From Candidatus Cloacimonadota bacterium (GTDB taxonomy: Bacteria; Cloacimonadota; Cloacimonadia; JGIOTU-2): 64,000 bases of DNA. The notes under the pieces are model-generated. The model was given only the letters and a program-made list of their open reading frames with translations. It searched no databases and was not told the origin of the DNA. Made by a program: the position numbers and the translations under genes. The DNA lies in assembly GCA_049903315.1 (NCBI GenBank), contig JBNGBT010000009.1, forward strand, positions 32,001 through 96,000, in the 5' to 3' direction. Below are positions 47,980 to 57,878 of this stretch, one piece after another (the first letter of the stretch is position 1; each line of letters starts with the position of its first letter).

Positions 47980-49722
47980 ATGAAGACAATAAGTGAATTT
48001 ATTGAAGAATTAAAACAGCGCGGGAACGAGAGAGGTTTCATCACCTATGATGAGATCAATCAGTTACTTCCCGATAACCCGATCTTTTTAGATAAAATTG
48101 ATGATATTTTTAATGAACTAAAGGACGCCGGGCTCGAAGTTCTTGATGAAACCATGAAGGGGGACATCCGCAAGAGAAAGCGTGCCCCGAAACCCAAAAA
48201 AGCTTCTGTCAAAATTAGTTTTTACGACGATCCTGTCCGAATGTATCTGAAAGATATGGGAAAAGTTCCCTTACTCACGCCTGAAGATGAAGCCCATATT
48301 TCAAAAAGGATAGAGGACGCACAAACTACCATCAATAAAATGACCCTTAATTGTGGGAGCAGTCTCCGTGAATTTCAAAATGTAATCAAGCGTTACCGCG
48401 AAGGCAAGATCAAAATAGACCAGATATTAAAAATAGAATTCGGCAGCTGGTTTGATAAAGAAAATAACGAACGGCTCATAACCCTGCTTGATGAACGAAC
48501 AAAAAAATCCCTTGATTACTCTGATGAGATCGAGAAGATTATCAACAAAAAACCCTCTAAACGATTCAGTAAAACTCAAACCGTAGGCGAGAAGATCAAG
48601 GAGAACCGCGATCAAATCATGGCGCTTTTTGAGGAGATGTGCTTCACAGATATGATGATCCAACGCCTTATTTACAGGATCAGCAGCTTGCTTGGCCGTA
48701 TTAATGTCAGCCTTAACCGCATAAATGCTGTGAGCAACATCAAGGGATACAGTACTGCAAAGATTTGTACTCTGGGGAGAAAAGCAGAAAAGGGAAAACA
48801 AGATTTTAATGAGGTTGCAGAATTAACCGGACTCGATCCCCATATCTTTATGGATGCTCTTCGTAAAATTAAGAACAACCGGCGTAAGATCCGCAGGGTT
48901 GAGCTCGAAACCCGTATGACTGCCGATGAGCTTAAGCGTCTTATGGATGATATCCGTAAGGCTCAGGACGAAAAAGAGCAGGCAAAAAATGATATTATAA
49001 AAGCCAATGTCCGCCTTGTGATCAGCATTGCAAAAAAATATAACAATCGCGGGCTCAGCTTCCTCGACCTTATCCAGGAAGGAAATATCGGGCTTATTCG
49101 TGCCGTAGAAAAATACGATTATCACAAAGGATATAAATTTTCAACATATGCCACATGGTGGATCAGACAGACGATCACAAAGGGGATTGCTGACCAATCA
49201 CGTACTATTCGTGTGCCCGTTCATATGGCAGAGGCAATCAACAAGGTGAACCGTGCTCATAACAAACTTGTACAAGCACTCGGTCGTGAGCCCTATCCAG
49301 AAGAAATCGCACAAGAGCTTGACCTTCCGGTAGAAAAAATAAAAAGCATTATCAATGTCTCAAAACGCCCAGTGTCCCTTGACAAGCCAGTTGGTGATGA
49401 AGACGGAGACACCACCCTCAGTGATTTTATCGAAGATGATAACATGATCTCTCCTGAGAAAATAGCCGAGAGAACACTACTCAGAAAACAAGTCGAAGCA
49501 GTGCTTTCTACACTCACCAAGCGGGAGCGCCGCGTGATAAAACTACGATTCGGCATTGGAGACCAAACGCCCCGTACCCTTGAAGAGGTCGGACATATTT
49601 TTGATATTACTCGAGAACGTGTCCGTCAGATCGAAGAAAAAGCAAAAGAAAAACTACGTCATCATAGCAGGGCAAATATTCTTAAGAAGTATATGGATAC
49701 ATTCGAGGAATTCAACAGATAA
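47980..49722 (+). CDS. rpoD: Primary RNA polymerase sigma factor
   Basis: Region 1.1, [28 protein letters not shown] and TRERVRQIE motifs. Confidence 0.97.
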   Translation: MKTISEFIEELKQRGNERGFITYDEINQLLPDNPIFLDKIDDIFNELKDAGLEVLDETMKGDIRKRKRAPKPKKASVKISFYDDPVRMYLKDMGKVPLLTPEDEAHISKRIEDAQTTINKMTLNCGSSLREFQNVIKRYREGKIKIDQILKIEFGSWFDKENNERLITLLDERTKKSLDYSDEIEKIINKKPSKRFSKTQTVGEKIKENRDQIMALFEEMCFTDMMIQRLIYRISSLLGRINVSLNRINAVSNIKGYSTAKICTLGRKAEKGKQDFNEVAELTGLDPHIFMDALRKIKNNRRKIRRVELETRMTADELKRLMDDIRKAQDEKEQAKNDIIKANVRLVISIAKKYNNRGLSFLDLIQEGNIGLIRAVEKYDYHKGYKFSTYATWWIRQTITKGIADQSRTIRVPVHMAEAINKVNRAHNKLVQALGREPYPEEIAQELDLPVEKIKSIINVSKRPVSLDKPVGDEDGDTTLSDFIEDDNMISPEKIAERTLLRKQVEAVLSTLTKRERRVIKLRFGIGDQTPRTLEEVGHIFDITRERVRQIEEKAKEKLRHHSRANILKKYMDTFEEFNR

Positions 49723-49745
49723 AACTTAATACCCCAAAAATACAT

Positions 49746-49777
49746 AAAAACCCCGAACTATAATTGTCCGGGGTTTT
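49746..49777. terminator. Bidirectional terminator
   Basis: AAAAACCCCG...CGGGGTTTT between convergent genes. Confidence 0.8.
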
Positions 49778-49800
49778 CTATTATTAAGGAGAAATGGGAT

Positions 49801-52800
49801 TTATTTAAAAACGACGAACCTTTTTACGTCAAATGAGCTACCTGTTTGAAGTACATAGAAATATATGCCATTCGAAAGATCGTTGATATCTATAATCGCC
49901 TTTCCCTCGATACCTTGTACCGTTTTAACCAGCTCTCCAAGAATGTTATAGATGCTAATTTCTGTGTTTTGGTCGTTTGTGCTCCCCCTAATTTTGTAAA
50001 ATATTTTTGTAGAACTCCTCGTAGGATTAGGGTACGAATTCCCAAGAACGTTCTCAAGATAGAAATCCGGAGAATTATCTCCGTTGCTATCTCCAGGGGT
50101 GTATTCTATAGAGCCATTGAATTCTGAAATTCCGTTGAGGTTCACTACTTCTAGCCAGTAATAATGTGGTGCGAGGATATTCGCATCAAGATCGGAAAAG
50201 TAATATTCATTGGTTTGTGTCGACGTGCCTACTGCAGAAATAAGGCACTTGTTTATCCTATTTCCCACAGTTGAAACATCATCATGCTCGGAGCGATATA
50301 CATTGAATCCCAGGACATCAGTTTCTGATGCAGTAGCCCAGGACAGCGACACAAATTCAATTGCTCCTTCGGTGCTGTACACAGCACTGAAGTATTGCAG
50401 TTCGACGGGTAGTGTGTTTAAATTTTCACTCCCTGGGGTTCCCGTTCCTGTCGGATTTTCCGTCCACGACTCTTGATTTGTTCCAGAATTCAAGGACGTT
50501 CTTTCAAGCACTATTCCTGCATTCCAAGACCACGGATCTGCAGGATCATTGAACTGGTCGATGATTGCTTTTTTATCCGGAATGATGATTTCGACGATAT
50601 CTTCTCCGCCATCAAGTGGAAATTCTGATGTCATAGTTCCCCAGTCGAAGGGAGCTTGAAAATCTGCTGCTATCCCCATATATGTCATAGAGAATGCACC
50701 ATGTTCTTGGCAAATGATTTTATATTGCGAAGGTTCTATCCAACCAAAAAGATCCAATGTGGCTGTTGGAGCAATGGCACCATTATCATAGTATCTAACC
50801 ACAACATTGTTAAGGTCAATAACAGAACTTGAAATATTTTGAAATTCAATAAAACCTGTATTTGGCTGACCCATTAGATCGACGCCATCTCCGACGATTT
50901 CTGTGATAATCAAATCTCCGGCTACAGGTGTTGTGAGTGTAATTTCGCTTGCAGAAGGCACATCCCCGTCTGTTTTATAATTAATTGCTGTGCTTGAATT
51001 AGTATAGGGATAAATCTTGAAATAATATGTAGTCCCTTCCAAAAGAGATGTCCAATTATAAGATCCCTTGCCGCTGTGAGCTATATTTACGATTCCTGCT
51101 CCATCAGAAAGATCTGTATCATCTACTTCTTCTGTTCCGTCAACTGGAGATACAATATCACCAAATCCCGTGTTATTTGCTTTTACCAAATATGCGTCTG
51201 GTAGTTGCCCTCCTTCTGAATCTGTCCATGAGCAGTTTATCTGATCTAGGCCAGTTCCGCCTTTTACTGCATCAAAATCTGTGACATGATTACTCGGTTC
51301 GGATTTGTAGGTTGTCGCGTCATCATAGGGAACAGTTCCATCAGTTTTGTAATTCGTATATCCAAAGTCGTTAGTATAAGGATATATCTTAAAATTATAC
51401 GTAGTTGAAGGACTACAATTATCAAATGAGTAGGATGTTGTTCCATGTGACACTTTCACATTTCCGCTACCATCAGTAAGGTCAGTATCATTGACTGGAT
51501 CTGTGTTATCATCAGGTGGGACAATTCCTCCTGTTGATGCTTTTATTAAGTAACCGTCGGCTGAATTATCGCCGTCATTTTCCGTCCAGGCAAGGTCTAT
51601 CTGAACATCATCATAAGGAGTTGCACTAAAACCTGAAACATGATTCGATGGTTCTCTGGGATAATCTCCAGAATCTGCCCACCATTCATAAGCACCGATA
51701 TCGACTTCTTCATTTATGGGAGCATTTCGCTGATCCCTTGTATAACCTACCCCCCAAGCCGGTATTGAAGTATCATCACCATTATCTATGGCTATACTTC
51801 CTGAGCTCGTTTTTAACGTATAGGTTCCTTCTGTAGTAAAGTTGGACTCTAAATTAGAACTAAGATTCAAAAATGGTTGAGGGCCTGTATGATTAGATGC
51901 TTCTCCACTAAAATCGTATCCATCATAATCTTCAATAATATTATAACCATAATCGTCCATATCTTCATCAGGTGGGTAGAAATACACATCATCACCTTCA
52001 TCAGAATCAGAATCATTATTTCCGAGAATTGTATTCTTCAAACGGGCTGATGAATTAGGTCCGTAATAGATTCCTCCACCTTGACCGCCTGAATCGTTTT
52101 GGCTAATTGTTGCATTGCAAATATATACTCTGCTTCCAGGATTTGTAACGGCAATGGAACGAGCTGATATCCCACCACCCTTAACTGCAGCAGTATTATG
52201 GGAAATTGTTGAATTACGAACATCTAAGATCGGAGAGTAAGTTACATGAACGCTTTCGTAATTGCTGATACCTCCGCCATCTCCATCGGTTGTATTGTGA
52301 TGAACTGTGCAATAATAAAGACTTAAAACACCCCTATAACCATTAAATATTCCTCCTCCACGATCATCTGCATGATTATAGACTATATTACAATTTTCCA
52401 GGATTAAATTAGCTTCCCTATTATAAATACCTCCACCTCCGTTAGAAGTATTCCCATACCGAATAGTAACATCATGAATTCGAATATATCCCCAAGTATC
52501 AGATGTAGAGATAACTCTGCCATCAGCAAGGCCCTGAACTGAATGACCTTGAATGATAGTGTCTTCTGCACCTGCACCTTGTAATGTAAGATCCTGGAAG
52601 GATCTGTTAACGATAATCGTTTGGGTTGTAGAACCATCCCAAAGATTAAATGTTCCTGAAGAAATGTAGATCACAATATCATTATCATCTGGGTCAGTAA
52701 CATTATCTAAAGCGTATTGAATCGTCTGCCAGGCATCTGTTCCTGGTCCTGCGCCGTGGACTCCATCATCTGTACCCAGCGGGTCCACGTAGTAATAGTC

Positions 52801-52866
52801 AATCGCAAATAATCCAGTTGTTGTAAGTAATAAAATGATAAATAAAACAAGCTTCATTAATTTCAT
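49801..52866 (-). CDS. Large secreted protein: beta-helix (GGG-repeat), two FN3-like modules, lamin-tail-like domain, T9SS-like CTD
   Basis: Signal peptide. GGGI repeats, DQR/DIGAYE, duplicated EPSNHV...YxFKIYPYTN, LIITEI...FIE, LPVEL and SYPNP...GIYF. Confidence 0.8.
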   Translation of the reverse strand: MKLMKLVLFIILLLTTTGLFAIDYYYVDPLGTDDGVHGAGPGTDAWQTIQYALDNVTDPDDNDIVIYISSGTFNLWDGSTTQTIIVNRSFQDLTLQGAGAEDTIIQGHSVQGLADGRVISTSDTWGYIRIHDVTIRYGNTSNGGGGIYNREANLILENCNIVYNHADDRGGGIFNGYRGVLSLYYCTVHHNTTDGDGGGISNYESVHVTYSPILDVRNSTISHNTAAVKGGGISARSIAVTNPGSRVYICNATISQNDSGGQGGGIYYGPNSSARLKNTILGNNDSDSDEGDDVYFYPPDEDMDDYGYNIIEDYDGYDFSGEASNHTGPQPFLNLSSNLESNFTTEGTYTLKTSSGSIAIDNGDDTSIPAWGVGYTRDQRNAPINEEVDIGAYEWWADSGDYPREPSNHVSGFSATPYDDVQIDLAWTENDGDNSADGYLIKASTGGIVPPDDNTDPVNDTDLTDGSGNVKVSHGTTSYSFDNCSPSTTYNFKIYPYTNDFGYTNYKTDGTVPYDDATTYKSEPSNHVTDFDAVKGGTGLDQINCSWTDSEGGQLPDAYLVKANNTGFGDIVSPVDGTEEVDDTDLSDGAGIVNIAHSGKGSYNWTSLLEGTTYYFKIYPYTNSSTAINYKTDGDVPSASEITLTTPVAGDLIITEIVGDGVDLMGQPNTGFIEFQNISSSVIDLNNVVVRYYDNGAIAPTATLDLFGWIEPSQYKIICQEHGAFSMTYMGIAADFQAPFDWGTMTSEFPLDGGEDIVEIIIPDKKAIIDQFNDPADPWSWNAGIVLERTSLNSGTNQESWTENPTGTGTPGSENLNTLPVELQYFSAVYSTEGAIEFVSLSWATASETDVLGFNVYRSEHDDVSTVGNRINKCLISAVGTSTQTNEYYFSDLDANILAPHYYWLEVVNLNGISEFNGSIEYTPGDSNGDNSPDFYLENVLGNSYPNPTRSSTKIFYKIRGSTNDQNTEISIYNILGELVKTVQGIEGKAIIDINDLSNGIYFYVLQTGSSFDVKRFVVFK

Positions 52867-53230
52867 TTTTTTCCTCCTGTTTAGTTTTTTATGAAATTAG
52901 TTCTCGGATTCTGTTTCTGTATTCGTTACAATACATGTTCGTAGAAGTGCAAGATGAATGCGCACTTTTTTTTATAAAATTTAGTATTTTTCTGTCAATT
53001 ATTTTATTTTAAAAATTTATCTTCATATTCCATAACCCCGAAACACATATAAAATCCCAAATCTTCATTATTTGGGGTTTTTTTATTAGGAAAAAAAGTC
53101 CAAAAATCTAAAAAATCCTTGACGGCATCAGGACAAATGCTACTTTGTCTCATATTATTTTTCCAATATTGAGACTTAATAAACTTTATCACAAATAAAC
53201 TTTGGATCTTAAGTTAGAAAGGAGTATTTT

Positions 53231-55393
53231 ATGCATAAAAAATTTAAGGTCTTTATATCCCTTCTTCTATTTCTTTTTATCGCTAATGTGTCTGTTGGGA
53301 GCTCAACAAACTCAAAACCAAATTCTCACAAACAACACACCCTCAAAGTAACTACTGTACCGGTTTATCGTCTCAGAAGCGATTCCAATCAGGATCACTT
53401 TTATACTTCCAATCAGTTCGAGATACCAGAATATACTGATGATGGTTACAGGTTTGAAAGTATTATCGGTGAGGTTTTTACAGAACAACAACCAAACACG
53501 GTGCCCTTGCATCGTCTGTACTGTCCATCAGAAAAAAACCATTATTACACTATCAGAGATAACTATGAAAAATTGACCACTCGATCATATAATCCATATA
53601 CTTATGAAGGTGTCGTTGGATATGTTTATGAAACAGAAGTGGAAAACTCTATTCCTCTCTATCGTTTAAGAAGCGATGCTCAAAAGAATCATTTTTATAC
53701 CACAAATAGCAAAGAAAAGGATATTGCTACCAAAAAAGGTTATCGTTTCGAACGTGTCGAATGTTATATACTTCCTTCCGAACAAAATAATGTGCAAAGT
53801 GATCCAGGCGTTGCGGTTAAGCCGCCTGGTGATGAAAAAAAATTAACTTCCCCACTTTACAGGCTACGGTCTGATTCGAACCAAGACCATTTCTACACAT
53901 CCAATCAGGCAGAAATACCCGCATTCACCGATCAGGGCTACCGGTTTGAAAGTATTATTGGTGACGTTTTTACAGAGCAACAACCAAATACAGTACCCCT
54001 ACACCGCCTGTATTGTCCCTCTGAAAAGAACCATTTTTATACTATCAGGGATAATTATGATAAATTAGTTACTCGTTCCTATAATCCCTATACTTATGAA
54101 GGTATTGTTGGATATGTATATGAAACGGAAGTAGATAATTCTATTCCTCTATATCGTCTGAGAAGTGACGCTCAAAAGAATCATTTTTATACCACAAATA
54201 GCAAAGAAAAGGATAATGCAACCAAAAAAGGATATCGTTTTGAACGAATCGAATGCTATATCCTCCCTGAGGTTGTAGAAAATCAAGTAAATGATATTCA
54301 AGACGAACCTGTTATAGAGAAAACTCCTTCCCCTCAAACCATGCCTACACAAGTTGAATATTCAGGAAATTTTGTTGAGGATGAAGATGTAAGAATTTAT
54401 CAAGCTCATAATGGCTCTATCACTCTTTTTGATTTTGATAATGATAATGACCTGGATCTTTTAGTTACAGGTAAACATCGTGCTGATTTGTATGAAAATG
54501 ATGGTGCTGGTAATTTTGAAAAGCTGCCAGATGATTTTCAACCAGTACAATACGGCTGTGCTGTGGTGGGTGATGTTGATGGAGATAATTATAAAGATAT
54601 CATCATAGCGAGCATGGGTAATACGGTTTTATATAAGAATAATTCTGATGGAACATTTACCGAATCTTCCAGAAATTTTAAAGGATTGCATAGTACAGCA
54701 ATGGCTATCGGTGATGTAGACGGTGATTTTGATCTTGATTTCTTAGTCTGTGGAAGAACTGGCAGTTTAGATAAAGAAACTCATTTGTACTTTAATAACG
54801 GAAACGGAATATTTGCGGAATCATCCCAGGATTTTAAAGGTGTATCAAAAGGATCTGCAGAAATGGAAGATGTTGATGGTGACAATGACCTTGATATTCT
54901 TTTAACCGGAAATAAATCTGTTGTACTTTACATTAATAATGGTTCTGGGGTGTTTACGGAAAAGCCTTCTGGTTTCCCCGCACTTCTTGTAAGTGATAGC
55001 GATTTTGCTGATATCGATAGTGATGGTGATAGCGACCTTGTTTTGATTGGTTCTACCGATGGAGATGAAATTACCAGAATCTATTTGAATAATGGAACAG
55101 GAAATTTTACTGATTCCGGACAACGGCTTATAAATGTAGAAAACGGTGCCGCTAAATTTCATGATCTAGATTTAGATGGTGATCCTGACCTGCTTTTAAG
55201 TGGTTGGGATGGCGAGAATGGCAAAACTATTCTTTATTTAAACGACGGCTCAGGACTCTTTGTTGAAACAGAGATTAATCTTCCTGATGCCAATCAATCC
55301 ATGGCAGACTTTGGTGATATTGACAATGATGGTGATGTTGATATCATTTTTGGTGGCTATCGTGGTGGTACTGCCTTATACAGACAAGAATAA
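53231..55393 (+). CDS. Secreted protein: two tandem PLYRL/HFYT (DUF5648-like) domains plus FG-GAP/VCBS propeller
   Basis: Signal peptide. Six PxYRL...HFYT sub-repeats and seven DxDxDGDxD-type repeats. Confidence 0.82.
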   Translation: MHKKFKVFISLLLFLFIANVSVGSSTNSKPNSHKQHTLKVTTVPVYRLRSDSNQDHFYTSNQFEIPEYTDDGYRFESIIGEVFTEQQPNTVPLHRLYCPSEKNHYYTIRDNYEKLTTRSYNPYTYEGVVGYVYETEVENSIPLYRLRSDAQKNHFYTTNSKEKDIATKKGYRFERVECYILPSEQNNVQSDPGVAVKPPGDEKKLTSPLYRLRSDSNQDHFYTSNQAEIPAFTDQGYRFESIIGDVFTEQQPNTVPLHRLYCPSEKNHFYTIRDNYDKLVTRSYNPYTYEGIVGYVYETEVDNSIPLYRLRSDAQKNHFYTTNSKEKDNATKKGYRFERIECYILPEVVENQVNDIQDEPVIEKTPSPQTMPTQVEYSGNFVEDEDVRIYQAHNGSITLFDFDNDNDLDLLVTGKHRADLYENDGAGNFEKLPDDFQPVQYGCAVVGDVDGDNYKDIIIASMGNTVLYKNNSDGTFTESSRNFKGLHSTAMAIGDVDGDFDLDFLVCGRTGSLDKETHLYFNNGNGIFAESSQDFKGVSKGSAEMEDVDGDNDLDILLTGNKSVVLYINNGSGVFTEKPSGFPALLVSDSDFADIDSDGDSDLVLIGSTDGDEITRIYLNNGTGNFTDSGQRLINVENGAAKFHDLDLDGDPDLLLSGWDGENGKTILYLNDGSGLFVETEINLPDANQSMADFGDIDNDGDVDIIFGGYRGGTALYRQE
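53360..54268 (+). repeat. Intragenic duplication, 2 x 417 bp (53360-53776 and 53852-54268)
   Basis: Both copies run from PxYRLRSDSNQDHFYT to ECYILP, 139 aa each. Confidence 0.9.
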
Positions 55394-55413
55394 TTTATCA
55401 TTAAAATATATTC

Positions 55414-55448
55414 GGGGGTTTGGTTTAATACTTAACCCCCCTTTTTTT
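55414..55448 (+). terminator. Rho-independent terminator
   Basis: GGGGGTT...AACCCCC followed by a T-run. Confidence 0.75.
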
Positions 55449-55529
55449 ATTGCAATTTTTGTTTCGGCTTCTATCATATTTTTTTCTCAAGGCACGCCAA
55501 GCTTGACAAAAATATTTATGTGCTACAAA

Positions 55530-55566
55530 TTTTACACTATGTAAAATGCTTTTACGTAAGGTAAAA
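55530..55566. promoter_or_regulatory. Tandem TetR operators
   Basis: TTTTAC-actat-GTAAAA (55530-55546) and TTTTAC-gtaag-GTAAAA (55550-55566), downstream of TTGACA at 55503. Confidence 0.72.
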
Positions 55567-55578
55567 TTGGTCATAAAA

Positions 55579-56181
55579 ATGAATAGAAAAGAAAAAGAAA
55601 TGAATGCGCGCAGAGAAGCAATTGTTGCTGCTGCTGAAGAATTATTTCTCGACAAGGGCTTTCAGAATGTCACAATGGAAGAGATCGCCCGGAAAGCGGA
55701 ATTCACGAGACCGACACTTTACGCGTATTTTAGCAACAAAGCAGAACTTTATTTGGTTATATTTACAAAAATTTCACTGATCCGCTGGAAATTGCTCAAC
55801 GATGCAATGGCGACAAAAGATACGGGCTATGACAAACTCTACGCTTTTGGTGATACCTATTATGAATTTGCAATCAAATATCCAGAATATCTGAAATTTA
55901 TGCTGTACTGGGATCATTATGGGCTGCCTTTTGATAAAATAAATCCTGACATTGTAAATGCGTTTATTCAACCAAGGGATACGGCACGTCTCGATCTTGT
56001 GAATGCCTTTGAACTGGGGATAGCCGACAAGACTATTCGAGACGACATTAAAATTGAATATGTCATGCCCTACTTATGTATTACCACCCGCGCTGTTTTA
56101 AATGAAGTCGTTTTAGGGTATGCCGGAAAAGAATATTATTATAGTTTTCTTGAGTTGTTTCTAAGGGGACTAAAAAAATAA
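55579..56181 (+). CDS. TetR/AcrR family regulator
   Basis: AAEELFLDKGF...TMEEIARKAEFTRPTLYAYFSNK. Start uncertain. Confidence 0.92.
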   Translation: MNRKEKEMNARREAIVAAAEELFLDKGFQNVTMEEIARKAEFTRPTLYAYFSNKAELYLVIFTKISLIRWKLLNDAMATKDTGYDKLYAFGDTYYEFAIKYPEYLKFMLYWDHYGLPFDKINPDIVNAFIQPRDTARLDLVNAFELGIADKTIRDDIKIEYVMPYLCITTRAVLNEVVLGYAGKEYYYSFLELFLRGLKK

Positions 56182-56200
56182 AGGCTGGCGGAGGTCTTCA

Positions 56201-57304
56201 ATGATAAAAAAGAAAAAATTACATTGGGTAATTCTCTTGTGTGTATGTTTCCTTCCTATTATTTTACACGCTCAAAACTATCTAGATATGCCGGAGGGTA
56301 TCTCGTATGACAGCATCTCAAAAAGTTATTTTGTTTCGTGCTGGAATCCTGCGTGTGTTGTAAAAATTGATAGTTTGGGAAATCAGAGTATTTTTAAATC
56401 CGGGCTAAATGCCTGTGCAAATAATGTGCTGGTTGACTCTATACTCTATGTTTCCTACAGGTATGGAGTGAAGGCGTTTAATATTAACACTGGAGTTCAG
56501 GTTCTTTATAAGCCTATAAGTGCAAACAATTACTTCGACGGAATAGCATATCATGATGGTTATCTTTATCTCATTAATCACGGGCAGAAACTCTATAAGA
56601 TAGATCTTTCAGATAGCTCTCATGAATTGTTGGCGAGCACTGGTCTTGGTAACTATCCACAAGGACTCATCTATGATGAAGTAAATGACAGGCTGCTGTC
56701 CTGCTCTTTCCAGAATAGTGCTCCCATCGTTGCGATCGATCCTGAAACAGGACAGACGTCATATGCTCTGTGGACTGGATTGAATAATCTCGATGCCCTG
56801 GCCCAGGATCAACATGGCAACATTTATGTTACCTGCAATGGAACGAGCTCGGTGTACAGGTACGATTCCAATTTGGAAAACAGGATAGTAGTTTCTTCCG
56901 GTCATAGCGGCCCTTCAGGCTTAGAATACAATCGTGAAGAGAATATTCTTGCGATCTCAAACTTTTTTACTGACGTTGTTGATTTCGTGTCGATGAGCCC
57001 TTATTCTGTCGATCCTTCTCCCGAGGATGGGATTCGTTTAAATCAAAATTTCCCCAATCCTTTCAATTCTTCTACAACCTTTCAGTTCTCGTTACGTAAA
57101 TCCTCCAATGTTTCTCTCTCTTTGTTTGATTCCCGCGGTCGCCTTGTTCACAAACTTGTTGATGATTGCTATCCTTCCGGCACACATTGCGTGAATTGGG
57201 ATAGAGAAATAAGCAGTGGTCAGGGCATTTCATCCGGAACTTACTTCGTCCTTCTGAAAAATGACGAACAGGAACTTGTAAGAAAAATTACGATTCTGAA
57301 GTAA
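56201..57304 (+). CDS. Secreted SMP-30/NHL-like beta-propeller with FlgD/T9SS-like CTD
   Basis: PEGI, DGIA, PQGL and PSGL blades. QNFPNPFNSST...SGTYF. Confidence 0.78.
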   Translation: MIKKKKLHWVILLCVCFLPIILHAQNYLDMPEGISYDSISKSYFVSCWNPACVVKIDSLGNQSIFKSGLNACANNVLVDSILYVSYRYGVKAFNINTGVQVLYKPISANNYFDGIAYHDGYLYLINHGQKLYKIDLSDSSHELLASTGLGNYPQGLIYDEVNDRLLSCSFQNSAPIVAIDPETGQTSYALWTGLNNLDALAQDQHGNIYVTCNGTSSVYRYDSNLENRIVVSSGHSGPSGLEYNREENILAISNFFTDVVDFVSMSPYSVDPSPEDGIRLNQNFPNPFNSSTTFQFSLRKSSNVSLSLFDSRGRLVHKLVDDCYPSGTHCVNWDREISSGQGISSGTYFVLLKNDEQELVRKITILK

Positions 57305-57389
57305 GTCTATTTCGAGTTTGTTGTTCCGTAAATTGTGACTGTAGGAAATTCGAGAACGAAAAAAATTTCTCTGAATATATCATATAATT

Positions 57390-57794
57390 TTAATCATCAA
57401 ATCTGACTGATATTTCATCTATGTTTTCGTCACCCTTGAGGACTTTTTCCTGGAATTCGACGGTGGTGAGAAACCCCTTAGTTCTTCCTGCTTCGAAAAT
57501 ACCATAAAGCATCTTTGAGCCAAGCTCCAGATTTTTATGATACACCCGGACAATAATGCGCCTTTTAATCTGAAAACTCGCCTTGTTCACTACCTCAAAA
57601 TAGACTTGGCAAAAGGTTGGGGCTTCTGTCTCGATCTTGATCTCCTGCACTTCCAGGTATTTATCAAGCTGTTTGTGGCAATACTTTGTTTGAAGCATAC
57701 CGAATATTGCTGCTGCGAGGAGGAGCACCCAGATGAACATCGGCACTCTCTGTTTTCTTGTTTTTAATGTTTGGGGTTTTCGTACTCTTAACAT
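57390..57794 (-). CDS. Hypothetical membrane-anchored protein
   Basis: One TM segment followed by an Ig-like beta pattern. Confidence 0.55.
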   Translation of the reverse strand: MLRVRKPQTLKTRKQRVPMFIWVLLLAAAIFGMLQTKYCHKQLDKYLEVQEIKIETEAPTFCQVYFEVVNKASFQIKRRIIVRVYHKNLELGSKMLYGIFEAGRTKGFLTTVEFQEKVLKGDENIDEISVRFDD

Positions 57795-57878
57795 ATGAGG
57801 AGAGTAGGCTGTCGAGAAATTTACGGCAAGTTTTTCGAATAAAAAATTTCCATGCTATGAGGACAACTGATTACAAAA

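Noticed and set aside
52940..53090. Two hairpins with T-runs in a divergent intergenic region as a small RNA
   Set aside because: The first is explained as a 5' leader hairpin of the minus-strand gene behind its TTGACA promoter. The second has no supporting evidence.
53360..54268. Long direct repeat as a CRISPR array or a DGR template/variable pair
   Set aside because: Both copies are in frame within one CDS, differences are mostly synonymous rather than adenine-specific, and no RT or cas genes are present.
57320..57850. Short inverted matches (CCGTAAATT/AATTTACGG) flanking the small hypothetical gene
   Set aside because: Only 9 bp in AT-rich DNA, with no target duplication or transposase.
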